Assembly (NCBI GenBank): GCA_032718475.1
Contig: JAUCBJ010008213.1
Location: 1 to 41,139 of the forward strand
DNA from: Nemertoderma westbladi
Lineage: Eukaryota; Animalia; Xenacoelomorpha
DNA length: 41,139 nt
Direction of reading: 5' to 3'
Shown here: in pieces, positions 1 to 11,489 of the stretch
Position numbering within the stretch: position 1 is the first letter of the stretch
How the letters are laid out: each line of letters begins with the position of its first letter
Translations under genes and position numbers: made by a program
Notes under the pieces: model-generated
What the model saw: the letters and a program-made list of their open reading frames with translations, nothing else
Databases searched by the model: none
Told to the model about the DNA's origin: nothing

Positions 1-43
1 CCAACAAGGCAAACGAATCAGTTATCCCACAAAAGCTTTTACA
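1..43 (-). mobile_element. 5' tip of an LTR of the same family as 13722-14872 and 35010-36142 (continues outside the window)
   Basis: Minus strand from 43 reads TGTAAAAGCTTTTGTGGGATAACTG, matching TGTAAAAGCTTCTGTGGGATATAACTG (14872, -) and TGTAAAAGCTTTTGCGGACATAAC (35010, +). Confidence 0.7.
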
Positions 44-1771
44 TACTGCATCAACCCCTTCAACCAGGCGTGCATATCATCCCTCATTCTTTTACCCGCC
101 CTCTCTCTCTCTCTCTGTCCTCTCTAACACTCTGATCGGCTAACTCTGTCTCCCTTGTCTCTCACTCTTTGCGCTCATTCACTTCTCTCTCAATCCTCTC
201 AGCTTTCCTCGCTTCTCGCTCTTTGCGCTCACTCATTTATTTCTCTCCCTGTTCTCTATGCTCACTCTTTTCCCTCTCCTCCCGTTCTCTATAGTTTCTC
301 GCCACCTTCTCTGCCCTCTCTTTACACTCTCTCGCTAGCTCCCTTTCCCTTTCTAATAACGCAGTCCCCTCGTCCAGCTGTCTCTCTAATTCCTTTTGGT
401 CCAATGCGACCATGTCTAGCTGACATGCCAGATCTATTGCTAACACCCTTCTTGCTTTCGCAGAGGGTGTAGTGGACTTTTCGGTTGCGATGGACTCCCG
501 TCACCTGTTCGTTCCACTAATTTTACCGTCTTACTGGTCTTACTAACCGACGACACCAAATCCTCGGGGTTAACCTCGGGTTCGGCGTCAGGCGGATCCG
601 CCCATCCCACTAACTTAATTCCCCACGGATCCACCAGATAAGGCCCTGTACACTGCACCACATGGCAATATCTCAGATCGCCACAATTCAAACAGTTCTG
701 TGGCGACCCCCCTCGCCCTCTCACTCGCCAGTTCCCCCTGCCCAAATCGGACTAGGTAGTGAAAATGTTTATTACACTCACCGAGTCTGCGGTACAACTT
801 GGGCTCGTCTACCTTTCCTCCAGTCTTAGCATCTTTGAGCATCTTCCATGTCGCGTTGTATCCGCTCTCTCTTCGCTCTTGTCCCATGCCGACTTGCGTC
901 TCTCCTCTCTTCTCCTCGTACTCAACCGCCCTCCTCCTTGACAACCAAACTGTCTCTCTTCGGCGAGTCTGGTGTGGTGGGCCGGTACCACCTCGTCACT
1001 GCCTCCCGAATCGTTGGGTCTCTATCGCTCGGGGTGCGCAGCGGGCTTTCTCCCTTCTCCGAACCTTGGGGCGTTCATTCACTCATCTCTTGTTGGCGTG
1101 TCGTTATCACAGTTCATTTTCGTCAAGTTTCGACTCGTAGAACCTAGTGGTTTTGACTCTGATGGGATCCCCGAGTTGGCGAGGGAATCCCGACCAGTGT
1201 GTGTGTATATTTTGGGATGTACGGGTCGCCGCGTCCACTGGCTGCTGAAAGGCTTGTGGTTTCTGAAAGGCCGGAGGCCGAAAGAATAACTGAGTTTTAT
1301 AGTTGCAGTTGTTTGTAATGTCAGAATATAATATAGCACAATCAGTTTACAATAATAGCGTGGTCAATGACGATGACGGTCAAAACCATCTTACTTCCAC
1401 ACTTGGTATAAGCCAACTAAACAACAGGTAATAAAGATAACGGTTATATTATTAACACACATGGAATATTGCTACCTACAGTTTGGCCTGGCCAATGAAT
1501 GCGCATTAATCAGATGGTAAGCTGCCCCACCATTGGCTAATCTATTTTCCCCTCTGGCAATCCCTAACTTCTGTGTGCACATGCTAGCTTTCTTTCACCC
1601 CGAAGATGGCTTGTAACCTGTCATCTCTCCCTAACCAATTGGCAATGTATGTTGCCCCATGCGTTGGTAGGTGACATTATATTGGTAATGTCGCCTAGCC
1701 AACTATAATTGGTAAATTTGCCACTTTCCCCATTTTCCGCTGGGTGGTGCAGCGAATTGGATCCGCTAACA
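44..1771 (-). mobile_element. Degenerate retroelement fragment: putative LTR (starts TGTTAGCGG at 1771) followed by broken gag-like ORFs
   Basis: TGT start and many CCAAT/ATTGG boxes at 1400-1771. Frameshifted ORF pieces include a zinc-knuckle-like CLNCGDLRYCHVVQC after an RG-rich tract (440-745) and an E/R-rich coiled-coil segment (237-446). No RT seen and family unassigned. Confidence 0.4.
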
Positions 1772-3619
1772 ATTACCAAATTTAAAATCAGTGCTGGCGC
1801 TGAGGTGATAATGTAAAATGCAGTGCTGGGGGTGTCGGGTGTCGTTATAATGCAGTGGTGCCCAAATAAACGTAGCTTTGTAGTACATTTGAGATATCAG
1901 AAATACAAAAAAAAACTTCACGTGGCTTGATTTTTTGTCACACACGTGACACTCGGTAAATGATTAATTTAATAGCATATAAATTGTCAAATAAGGGCCA
2001 TTACTGCATTAACCCGATGTGTTAACACTTCCACTCATATTCTTCCATGCGTTTCAATTAAATTGCCAATTTTTGGTGATTTAGCAGTTCATATGAATAA
2101 ATTGCGTGAGTGTTTCCAAAATGGTCCAAAAAAGAGTCCCATGCTGTACTTAACGGAGGCTTTTTTTTTATCAGAAAACGCGAACTCATAAAGATTTAGA
2201 TCACAACATCCATTTCTCAGATAGTTTATGGGTTGTACCGGTATCAGTGAGACTGCTACGTAAACATTTATTTGGCCAGGTTGAAAAACTGTCATGCTGC
2301 CATGTTCCATAACGTGACAGTATGTCCCATACTTGACATTGTGTTGGGGGCAGAAGTTAATCATGGTCTAAACAACTAAGTACTTACATTTAATTAATGG
2401 TTGGGGGCTTTCCAGTCACAGATAAACTGTAACCTGCTCCTTCCCCTTAATTGACAACAGACCAAATTAATTTATTACCAAATTAACTATTTGTGGAAAT
2501 GGTTATGAGATTGTGGCAGTAGTTAAGAGTGGGATATAAGTTGGGAATGGAACAGGAGTTGGCAGTGGGAATGGACGATAAACTGAATTTAAATTCTAGT
2601 ACGGAGTCGAGTTGTTTGAAGAATTTTATGATTTGTTTTTAATTTGAAAATAAATGTCAAAATTTATAATAATTGTTTCCATGTAAATTCCTTCCTATAC
2701 CATATCAATATATCCCATACATGACATCAAACAACTGTCTATTTACATTTTCAAATTAATTTTTTGATATAAAATAACTGTTTTCAGTTGACCATATGCA
2801 ACCAGTGTATCAACGTATTATATAGTTTATTAACAGGAAAAAAAACAATTAGCCTCACTTTTCACGGCAAAGTTTCCCAGAAAGTGAAAGTTTGTGTTGT
2901 CACTCTATGAAAAATTTATTTTTAGTGACAGCAATTTTTAATTTTTTCTCACCAGGAAACTTTCCCATTCGATCTGATATCTCTTGCCGGACACCTCAAT
3001 ACCACCATTAAACGACTGTTACTTAAAATTGTCAAGAATATGGACATAAAGTACGAAAAAAATATTTATAAATTTCCCATAAATAACACGAAATACGTGA
3101 CAAAATTATTTTTTCAATTTTTGCATTCCGGAACGTTTTTCTCAATAACGGCCAATAAATTTTTGGGGCACTTTCTGGTTTCATATGCAGAAATTATCGC
3201 TCTTTCTAACCATCACTATGGTAAATTCTCAAAGTTAATTTCAAAATTCAACAAATTTCAAAAATCACGTACGGGACATTGGTCAGATATGGTTGGCATT
3301 GACCCATATACTGCAGCAGTGCTGTATTCCTTTTACGTTTACCTGTTTTAGAAGTCAGGAAGTGTAGTAGTTTAGGTAGGCCTACAGTTTGCAGTTATAT
3401 GTTCTGATGTTCAGATGTTACTGTGTTAGGCCTACTGCCACAGTACCTACTGCTGTACTGATTCAGCCAGTCAGTCCGTGATTCATGAGTCAGTCAGTTG
3501 ATAGGCTACCGGTATTGTTGTTTGGTACGTTACGGTAACGGTGCGTACAGCGCTACAGACGACACCCTCCACCTTCAGCCCTTCTGCCCTTTGCAGCTTT
3601 GTATGGTAGCTACTGAAAG

Positions 3620-3647
3620 ATGTCTCTCAAAAAGCGAGTCGGGCAAA
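3620..3647 (+). CDS. STXBP1: Syntaxin-binding protein 1 / Munc18 (Sec1 family), coding exon 1
   Basis: ATG at 3620, MSLKKRVGQ plus 1 nt, then GTAAGT donor. Phase 1 joins exon 2 to give MSLKKRVGQRVLNDVI, like unc-18/Rop N-termini. Confidence 0.85.
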
Positions 3648-4199
3648 GTAAGTTCGGTACAGTCACGTTTCGGGCATCGGGTACCGGTACCTACCTGCCT
3701 ACAAACCTACAAATGCAATACTGGAATACAGTAGCAATCTGGCAATACAAATTTATACACATTTTTATTTATTTACGAGTTTGTACAGTGAATTTGTTCA
3801 GGCTATGGGTGATTGTATATTACCGGTAGGCCTACTGTATTTTTGGGTATATTTGGTTTATTATTTTGGTTACACTTGGCAGCTTTGTCAGTTTGTCAGG
3901 CTTTAACCCGGGCTCTATCACACTACAGACGCCACGTTTTATATGGAAAGCACAGTACCGGTAGCATACAGCGTTTTTACTCGGGTTAGGGGTTAGGCCT
4001 ACAATATGACTTGGTTTTTGGGATGTTTTATATGTCAGTATGTCAGTAGTACCGAAGGTACTGACTGACTGGGATTACTGGATTAGCTGATTAGTGGGAA
4101 ATTGGTTTGTTTTTTAGGTTAGGTTTGTTGGTCACTGGTCAGGCACAAACCATAATTAAATATGCCGAAATTCCACAAAATTTATTAGATTGGAGCCTC

Positions 4200-4495
4200 A
4201 TGACTGCATGGCTTATGGTTACTGGTAGGGTTAAATTTCTGCTTTAATTAGGGTTTGGACCTTGTAACCTGCGAGGCCCACGAGACCGTGAAAAAATTGC
4301 GCCTCTAGAGTGATATCCACAATCCACATTAACCCTAATTAAAACTGTCATGTAACCCTAACCATAAGTCATAATGTAAGAAATTTAGGGGAATTTCCGA
4401 CATTATCGCCATACTGCCATAAGCAGATAAGGCAGTAAGGCCCGATAATGGCAATAATGTCGGAAATTCCGCTAAATTCCTTAGATTATGACTTA
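4200..4495. repeat. Overlapping imperfect inverted repeats (MITE-like) in STXBP1 intron 1
   Basis: TAAGTCATAATGTAAGAAATTTAGGGGAATTTCCGACATTATCGCCAT (~4365-4412) pairs with ATGGCAATAATGTCGGAAATTCCGCTAAATTCCTTAGATTATGACTTA (~4448-4495); ~4200-4256 pairs with ~4331-4372. Confidence 0.6.
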
Positions 4496-4609
4496 GGACG
4501 TAGGTACCCCAATCGAAACATTCCTCCTATAAACGTTGTATCCTATACATTATAACCACTATCATATCCTATACGGTACAGCTTATAAATATAATATATA
4601 ATATTGTAG

Positions 4610-4741
4610 GAGTTCTAAATGATGTGATTCGGTCTGTAAAGAAACCAGGAGAATGGCGGGTACTCATCTGCGATCGGCTCAGTATGCGGATACTGTCCTC
4701 CTGTATAAAAATGCACGAAATACAATCTGAAGGAATCACTC
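4610..4741 (+). CDS. STXBP1: Munc18/STXBP1 coding exon 2
   Basis: TAG acceptor; [43 protein letters not shown]; GTTAGT donor. Confidence 0.95.
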
Positions 4742-5199
4742 GTTAGTTATTAGTTTTATTTATTTTTCTATATATTCACGGTACGGGTTACCGGTACCGG
4801 TATAAGTGCCGTCGATATTTATGCAGCAGTAGCGGTATTTAGTAACCGCATTATCTAGTTTGCATTTTGGTTCTCTCAACTACTTTCCTTTAGTTTAGTT
4901 TGTCAACTTGTAAAATTGACCTCTTTAATTTTCTATATTATTGCCTGAAGTTCAATTTACTTTGATTTATTTAGTTCATTAATGCATAGCAGCATAGCAC
5001 ATTATCTTGTTTGAATTTTTTTACAGCTATTAATCGGTATCTATTAAACTGATACAGCACCGCCAGTCTAGTCGGTATGAAATGTATTTATCTGACCAGA
5101 ACATTTTACACCTTCGTTCTATTATGCACAATCCATTTCTAACTCTATTGATTATCATTAAGGAAATTGAATTAACCATAATTTATTTATTTTATATAG

Positions 5200-5355
5200 T
5201 TGTTGAGGATTTGGATAAAGGCAGAGAACCTCTACCTTCTATCGAGGCTGTTTATATAATGGCGCCTTCTCAGTCGTCAGTTCGACGATTCATGGACGAC
5301 TTCCGGGATCCCCCGAACTTTATGTACCGAGCCGCCCACGTATTCTTTACTGAAG
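5200..5355 (+). CDS. STXBP1: Munc18/STXBP1 coding exon 3
   Basis: TAG acceptor; (L)[51 protein letters not shown]; GTTTGT donor. Confidence 0.95.
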
Positions 5356-5443
5356 GTTTGTAACTCAACACTTTATATACCGTCAGCCGACATGTTCTAA
5401 GGTACAGGCCTATATAATTATAATTAGTTACTTTATTTTACAG

Positions 5444-5547
5444 CTTGTCCGGACGAACTATTTAACGAGATTTCCCAGAATTCAGTCGTCTCCATAATTA
5501 AGACCCTCACAGAGATTAACATTGCATTTCTTCCATACGAATCGCAA
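5444..5547 (+). CDS. STXBP1: Munc18/STXBP1 coding exon 4
   Basis: CAG acceptor; (A)[34 protein letters not shown]; GTAAGT donor. Confidence 0.95.
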
Positions 5548-5782
5548 GTAAGTCTGCGCCACAACCCAAATACTAAAGTATATGTTAACAACAAAGAAGC
5601 ACCTAAATCAGTCCTAAAAGTTGCAGTGCACGCGATTAGTAAGCAGTAGTTGACTTGTCGGCACGGTAGCTCTCGCAACAAGCGGAGGTCATTTCATGCC
5701 AGAAAATGAGGCCAAAAGAGGCGACACAATAATAATGAACCTACATTATTCGGGATTAATTATGGTATATTTGCTATTTTAG

Positions 5783-5931
5783 ATATTTTCTTTGGATACA
5801 AAGGAGATGTTTCAGTCGTTCTACAGTCCCCACAAGATCAACCAACGTAGTGTCCATATCGAACGCATGGCTGAACAGATAGCCACAGTGTGTGCCACCT
5901 TGGGAGAATATCCTGCGATCAGATACAGAGC
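5783..5931 (+). CDS. STXBP1: Munc18/STXBP1 coding exon 5 (gene continues beyond, or is truncated)
   Basis: TAG acceptor; [49 protein letters not shown]; GTAAGT donor. All five exons splice in frame (569 nt). Confidence 0.95.
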
Positions 5932-5974
5932 GTAAGTCATCATTCTTAGAAATAATTAATTATATAGATTCGCT

Positions 5975-6825
5975 CGCGTTGCTCTTAAATAATAACTTAT
6001 AGAGCGCCTTTCTCCTTTCTGGACTTTATTTCAATGCGTTATAAAAGATTTCACAATAAAAAATTCACTGAATTAAAAACAAAGACAACGCAAAGCTAAT
6101 GGCGGAAATGAGGTAATAAAAAAGAGATGTTCTCTTAGAGTTAGATGACATATTCCAGTTTAAGAAGACGTGTTTTGACTTTTGAGACCCTTCTTGAAGG
6201 CATTTAATGTTGGCGTACCTCGTAGGTTGAGGGGTAGAGTGTTCCTTCCATTATTATTGTAGGAGCAGCGATGGAGAATGCCCGTTTCCCATAGTGTACA
6301 AGGTGATACCGCGGAACAGCTAGCAATCCCGCTTCACGGGATCGTAGCTGGCGAGGCGGAGGGGGGTTGTGAGGTGTCAGTAGGTCTACCGAATATGATG
6401 GTGCACAACCGTTTAATATATTTGTATGTTAGGAGAGCTATTTTGAACTGAATGCGGCGATTAATCGGAAGCCAATGCAGGTCTTTAAGGACTGGAGTAA
6501 TGTGATCTCTCTTCCTAGTACCAGCCCGCAATCGTGCCGCCGCATTCTGTACGTATTGCAATTTCTTTATAAACGTAGCTGGTAGACCATTAATAGAGGG
6601 AGTTGTTAATGTCCAGTTTGCTTGTAACTGTTAGGGCATGAATCAATATTTCGAGGTCGTGTCTTGACAAGTATATTACGTAATTGAAAAAATGAATCAC
6701 GTACTGTTGCTGCAATTTATTTAGAAAAGGTTAAGTGTGAGTCCATTACAAACCCAATATTGCGGGCATGCGCGCTAGTGACTATTGTTTCAGCACCACA
6801 CTGAACTGTCGGAGGGATGAAGGCG
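5975..6825 (-). mobile_element. 5'-truncated L2-clade LINE, degenerate ORF2 C-terminus and 3' UTR
   Basis: Translated pieces ARNIGFVMDSHLTF and LQYVQNAAARL..GTRKRDHITPVLKDLHWLPINRRIQFKIALLTYK are typical of L2 ORF2. Ends are approximate. Confidence 0.85.
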
Positions 6826-9800
6826 TCGATGTAATTGAGCGATTCTTTTCTCTGCCAAGGGTCTGTTATTTATAAATCTAGGTTCTCGTTTTCGAAATGG
6901 TAGGCCGATTTCATATCTACCTTGGTCCTTTAAAAAACGTGTAGTTGTTTCCTGGATTTGCTTGGCTCTTTCTTCTTCTATCGATAGGGCCTTATCATAT
7001 GAATTGGGCTCTACCAGTTCCTGAGTAAAGAATCGTACGGCTAGTTCGTCCCGAGTTCTAGCGTTGTAGCGCTCTATCTCATCGTTTAGTTCGTCATTGT
7101 AAGCAATGGGTTCCGATGGGCGAATCAGTTGACATAGGTTCACCTGATTTTTCCAAGTTTGGTTTTCTGTAAGTAGGTCGATTGTGTTCTCTTCATCGAA
7201 GAGTTGGTAGATGTCGTCATTATCTGAGGAGTATGGTGTTCCCTCAGTTAGTTCGTCCACCTCACTGCTCTCCACTTCCCAATCGTTTACCTGGCACACC
7301 TGCTCCTGTGGCATTCTCTCTTCGAGAGTCCTGCGAGAAGGGCCAGTAAAGTACCAACCTACTCTAGTTCTTACCGCATAGGTTTGCAGTGGCTGTGGTT
7401 GAGCAGGCCGTTTCTCCAATGTTTCGAGCGCCTCATGCGCGTTTTGGCCGATGAGTATTTGCACTCCAGGATAATCTGTCTGGAATCGAGGTATCTTAAG
7501 ATGTTGGATACTCTCATCTTCGTCCCAATTATAAAGGTCTGCCTGAGTAGTAGCGAAGTTCTTTATAGCCACCATTTTTACCGACCTTATACCTTGTGCT
7601 CCTAATTTATCCTGGGGGGTGGACAACACACCTACATAGTAATCTGCCGTTAGGGTAGATTTCCAAACCTGCATAATTCCTGACATATTCAATTTAGTCC
7701 GGAATTTGGGTTGTCCAGCAAAGATATCTTCGGCTAGTTCTTGATCGATGAATGTTCCTGTGCTGCCGGAGTCAAGGAGTGTGTTCACTATGTAACTGTG
7801 GTTAGGGCCGTGAACTCTTACCTGCACTACAGGAAATTCTCTGATTCCTACGTTGGAAGTTGGAGCTTTCCAAGATGGTTGTTTGGCAAAAGTAGTTGGG
7901 GGAAACTCATTGTTGGTGTCCTTTTCATAAGTAAGTGCTCGATACACTGCGGTATTGATTAGATAACAGGATTCGTTGGCGTCGGAGAATTCGTCAGTAT
8001 AGAATCCTTCCATCTCAGACTCCTGATCAGTGTCATTTACATCACTGAATTGGACATGTAGTTCGGGCTCACTTACCTGACTCTGTTTGTCTCGTTCGAA
8101 CTCGCTGTGTAACAAGATGTGATGTTTCGCGCCACACTTTATGTCGGAGTAACAGGTTCGCCGTTGGTGTCCTGGTCTGAGGCAATTATAGCATAACCGC
8201 TTGTCCCACACGACTGCACGTCTGTCTACAAGGGATTTCTTTAGAAATTCAGCACACGCACTCAAACGGTGGGTCCCGTCGCACAGCGCACAGTTAGGTT
8301 TTATGTTACTCACTTTACCTTGGGTAACTTGATGCACTCTCGTTTTTTCTTCGGGTTTTCTTCGGTGCATTTTGTTAGGAGACTGAGGAGGGGTCTTGGC
8401 AACCTGTTCTCTCCTATCGTTGTTTCGAGTCTTGTATTTACTTACGTCCTTTGAGGTTTTGTCAACATAGTAAGATCGATCGGTGTCTTTCCCGCTGTCC
8501 TCTTCTTGAGAAGCTTGGCTTTCGCCATCATCATTGTAACACACCGGTGTTACTCTTCTCCTAGAAGCGGGTTTCTCACTTACCTTATTTTCCGATGTTT
8601 TCTCTCTGGACTGCTTGATGAGTTGTAGTTTTACCTCACCATCTAAGAAGGACATGAGATCAGCCATGGTAGGGCTTCGTCGTTGTTGTTCATTCATGTA
8701 CAACACTTTCTTGTCCCAGCGTGTACATACTCCACCCTTGGGTAAAGTAGAGACTACGGCTCCAATAACCATGGAACTTTGATATTCATGAGACTTACCT
8801 AACCAGTCCAATTGTCTACAGATCTCCTGAATCTCATCGGAAAACTCTATAATCCCGCTACTAAGGAAGTTTCGGGGGGCTACTAATTTTGCATACAAAT
8901 ACTTAGCTATGTTATCCTTGTTACCATACCTGATGTTTAATGTATCCCAAACTTGTCTTAATCCTTCTGGATGTCCAATAAACGTTAACGCCATTAACTT
9001 GGGAGGTCCTTCCAAGCACTTTATGAGGAACCTAAGTTTCTCTCTGTTAGATAGCACAGAGTTCTGTATGCTGTCTTTGTAATATTCGTTGAAAGGTAAC
9101 CATTTCATCTCATCTCCATTGAATTTGACGATCTCTCCCACTTTGACCGCTTGGCGGGCTTCTGTTCTAGCCATCTGACGCGTAAAGCTTTCTTGGGCCA
9201 TCGTGTTATTTAATATCGAATTATCGGTATATAAATTTCTCGGATCATTGTCAGGTCTATAGGGAATATCATTAATAACAGGTCTATAATCACCCTTAAT
9301 AGGGTTTGCTATAGGAGTTTCTACTTCACTAGCAGTATAGATGCGTGTAGGCTCCACACCTTGCGCATGTAATACTTCAGACCTAACAGGTTGACACAAT
9401 GTTACAGGGGGTATTGGTATGCCCTTTTGTATATTGACTAATTTGTCGCGTTCCAGTGCGATACTTTGCTGCACTTCTTGCAATTCTGCCCTACTTTCCC
9501 TTACTGTTCCCTTAAGCTGGTGGACAGTCTCCTGCATCTGTCCGAGCAGGAGGTTCATCCCCCGCCGTCCCTCTTCTACCCACTCTACCGCCGCAGCGGG
9601 AGTCGCCAACATTGTAGCGGGCTGACGCGGGACGACGGGAGACAAGTCTTTGATTTCTCTCTCAGCTTCCAGGACAGGGATATTCTCATGGACTGTTCTA
9701 CCGGGTACAGGCAGTGTAGTACTGTGTAAAGGGAATTTAGAGTTAAGCTCTGGAAGTACAGGGGTCTCTAGCACAGAAGTGACTTTGGGAATGACAGGCC

Positions 9801-10407
9801 TAATTATTTCAGGCTCATCAACTATTGTAGGGAGTCTTTTGACCCGAATAATTTGTTCTGTGGGTTCTGTATTGCCTAAGTCTGCGCTAGTTAGTTGTCT
9901 TCTAACCGCCGGGGGCAAATTAGGCAATTTGTGGCGGTGAGATGTTTTTCTACGCCTGCTTAGACGAGATCTGTTTCCTCCGTCTTCAGGATCGGTCGTT
10001 TCGCTTTCCTCCGATGATGTGTATCCCTGGCGCTTGGGAGTAGATCGACTCCTCATCTGCATTTGACTAGCAGTTAACTGTTTATTTATGCAGTCTTGCG
10101 TCTCTTGAAGATTTTCCAACTCCAGTTGTGTGGTCTCTTCAGACGCTCTCTGTTCTGCTTCTGCCAATGCTATTGCTGCTGCTGCTTTGGCTGCTTCTAC
10201 TGTCGCTGCAGCTTTTGCTTCTGCTGCTGCCTCTGCTGCCTTTGCCGCTTCCACTGCCGCTGCCGCTTTTGCCTCTTCCACTGACGCTGCCGCTTTCGCC
10301 GCTGCTACTGCCTTTTTGTCCTCTATCCGCCTTTTCTTTACTTGTTCTTCTTGGACTCTAGCGAGGCGGAGTTTTTCATCAAATTCAGCTTGGTTAGCAG
10401 CTAACAT
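6790..10407 (-). CDS. BEL/Pao Gag-protease polyprotein, truncated just before RT
   Basis: KFNGDEMKWLPF..EKLRFLIKCLEGPPK (DUF1759-like Gag); CALCDGTHRLSAC / CYNCLRPGHQRRTC / CGAKHHILLH knuckles; LLDSGS protease; GRYEIGLPF..NRPLAEKRIAQLHRRL pre-RT motif. The last ~9 codons derive from the L2. Confidence 0.9.
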   Translation of the reverse strand: MLAANQAEFDEKLRLARVQEEQVKKRRIEDKKAVAAAKAAASVEEAKAAAAVEAAKAAEAAAEAKAAATVEAAKAAAAIALAEAEQRASEETTQLELENLQETQDCINKQLTASQMQMRSRSTPKRQGYTSSEESETTDPEDGGNRSRLSRRRKTSHRHKLPNLPPAVRRQLTSADLGNTEPTEQIIRVKRLPTIVDEPEIIRPVIPKVTSVLETPVLPELNSKFPLHSTTLPVPGRTVHENIPVLEAEREIKDLSPVVPRQPATMLATPAAAVEWVEEGRRGMNLLLGQMQETVHQLKGTVRESRAELQEVQQSIALERDKLVNIQKGIPIPPVTLCQPVRSEVLHAQGVEPTRIYTASEVETPIANPIKGDYRPVINDIPYRPDNDPRNLYTDNSILNNTMAQESFTRQMARTEARQAVKVGEIVKFNGDEMKWLPFNEYYKDSIQNSVLSNREKLRFLIKCLEGPPKLMALTFIGHPEGLRQVWDTLNIRYGNKDNIAKYLYAKLVAPRNFLSSGIIEFSDEIQEICRQLDWLGKSHEYQSSMVIGAVVSTLPKGGVCTRWDKKVLYMNEQQRRSPTMADLMSFLDGEVKLQLIKQSREKTSENKVSEKPASRRRVTPVCYNDDGESQASQEEDSGKDTDRSYYVDKTSKDVSKYKTRNNDRREQVAKTPPQSPNKMHRRKPEEKTRVHQVTQGKVSNIKPNCALCDGTHRLSACAEFLKKSLVDRRAVVWDKRLCYNCLRPGHQRRTCYSDIKCGAKHHILLHSEFERDKQSQVSEPELHVQFSDVNDTDQESEMEGFYTDEFSDANESCYLINTAVYRALTYEKDTNNEFPPTTFAKQPSWKAPTSNVGIREFPVVQVRVHGPNHSYIVNTLLDSGSTGTFIDQELAEDIFAGQPKFRTKLNMSGIMQVWKSTLTADYYVGVLSTPQDKLGAQGIRSVKMVAIKNFATTQADLYNWDEDESIQHLKIPRFQTDYPGVQILIGQNAHEALETLEKRPAQPQPLQTYAVRTRVGWYFTGPSRRTLEERMPQEQVCQVNDWEVESSEVDELTEGTPYSSDNDDIYQLFDEENTIDLLTENQTWKNQVNLCQLIRPSEPIAYNDELNDEIERYNARTRDELAVRFFTQELVEPNSYDKALSIEEERAKQIQETTTRFLKDQGRYEIGLPFRKREPRFINNRPLAEKRIAQLHRRLHPSDSSVWC

Positions 10408-10439
10408 TTCAGCATCGATTGAGTCTAACCACGCTGGGT

Positions 10440-11489
10440 TCCTTCACTATTAGGGGAAAGTCCAGACAGCCGTCTCCTCAACTCTTCGTCTCCTAGGAAT
10501 CGCTGATAGTCGGACAGATAAATGTCTATGGCGTCTCTCGTTCGTGGTCTCTCTGCGGTCTCTTCGCCTTCCACTTGAGAAAGGGTGGCATCGGTTGGTT
10601 CTTCATAGGTTAGTCTCTCAGACAGCTGGGATTTCCACTGGTCCGTTTCTTGTACTTTGAGACCTACCCGCTGGAACCAAGTTTTGACAGCAACCTGCAG
10701 CGACGTGTCCTGTCTTCTTTTGGAAGTTTCCTCAAAGGCTGATAGGATTAGTCGAATGCGTAGGGTTCTTTCGCGTACTTGATATAGCAGTTCTTCCTGC
10801 TCTTAAGGTCCTTGGGGTTGTCGAAACAGTTGTTCTTCTAATCGCTCTAAGGAGCCGAAGAATCCCGGCACATATCCTGCTGCCGACCTCTTCCAAACAG
10901 CTGGATCCATCGTATCTTTAGCCACTCCCATCCTGTGTATATCTTCCCAAGTAGCTTCGGACAAATCTAACGGGAGTCCGGGTCCGGGAAAGTTCCATTG
11001 TGACTCGACAATAGACATCAATTCTTCCCTGGCGTATCCCGCATAATTATCTTGGGTCGCTCGCTTACTTCTCGCCCAATCGGCTTGATGTTCCTCCACC
11101 GCAATCAATATAGTAGTTAGCACTGCGGCAGGAAGGGTGAGAAGGGGGTCCGAGTAGGCTTTAGCCGCCATCTGCAATCCGCGTTCGGGAGTCAGCTCTA
11201 CAGTATCCGAACTACTGGAGCTATCTGATCGCTGGGAACAAGTTTCTTGACTAGGATGTTGCTGCTGTTGGACAGCTGCTTCCTGGTTCCGCTTGACTTG
11301 GGCCCGAGTTCCGATGATAGACCTAGGGTGTTGGATTAGCTTAGGGTCTGATACTACTACTGGAGGGATGGCCTTTCTTTCAGTAGGAGGTGAGCTGAAC
11401 TCCTTTCTTAATCGCTCCACACTCCTATCTGTGTCACAGATGGTTGTATCGATTAGACTGTCTGACAGGTTTTGCTGGGTGTCAGACAT
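10440..11489 (-). pseudogene. Probable disrupted N-terminal part of the same BEL/Pao polyprotein
   Basis: The 228-aa ORF from ATG 11489 stops at 10803, but the same frame stays open afterwards (EQEELLYQVRERTLRIRLIL...RRRLSGLSP) to ~10430. A frameshift near 10445 joins it to ..WLDSIDAEMLAANQ. Confidence 0.6.

Noticed and set aside
155-1289. Plus-strand Ser/Leu-rich ORFs
   Set aside because: Antisense of purine-rich gag-like sequence; no recognisable motifs.
1990-3310. Possible old DNA transposon bounded by GGGCCATT/ATTGACCC ends
   Set aside because: Terminal similarity is too weak, with no TSD or coding remnant.
5082-5363. 93-aa ORF as a standalone protein (likewise 3620-3829)
   Set aside because: Contains a STXBP1 exon plus intronic read-through.
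10096-10453. Plus-strand Cys-, Leu- or Ala-rich ORFs
   Set aside because: Antisense shadows of the EAAKAAA repeat in the BEL/Pao Gag.
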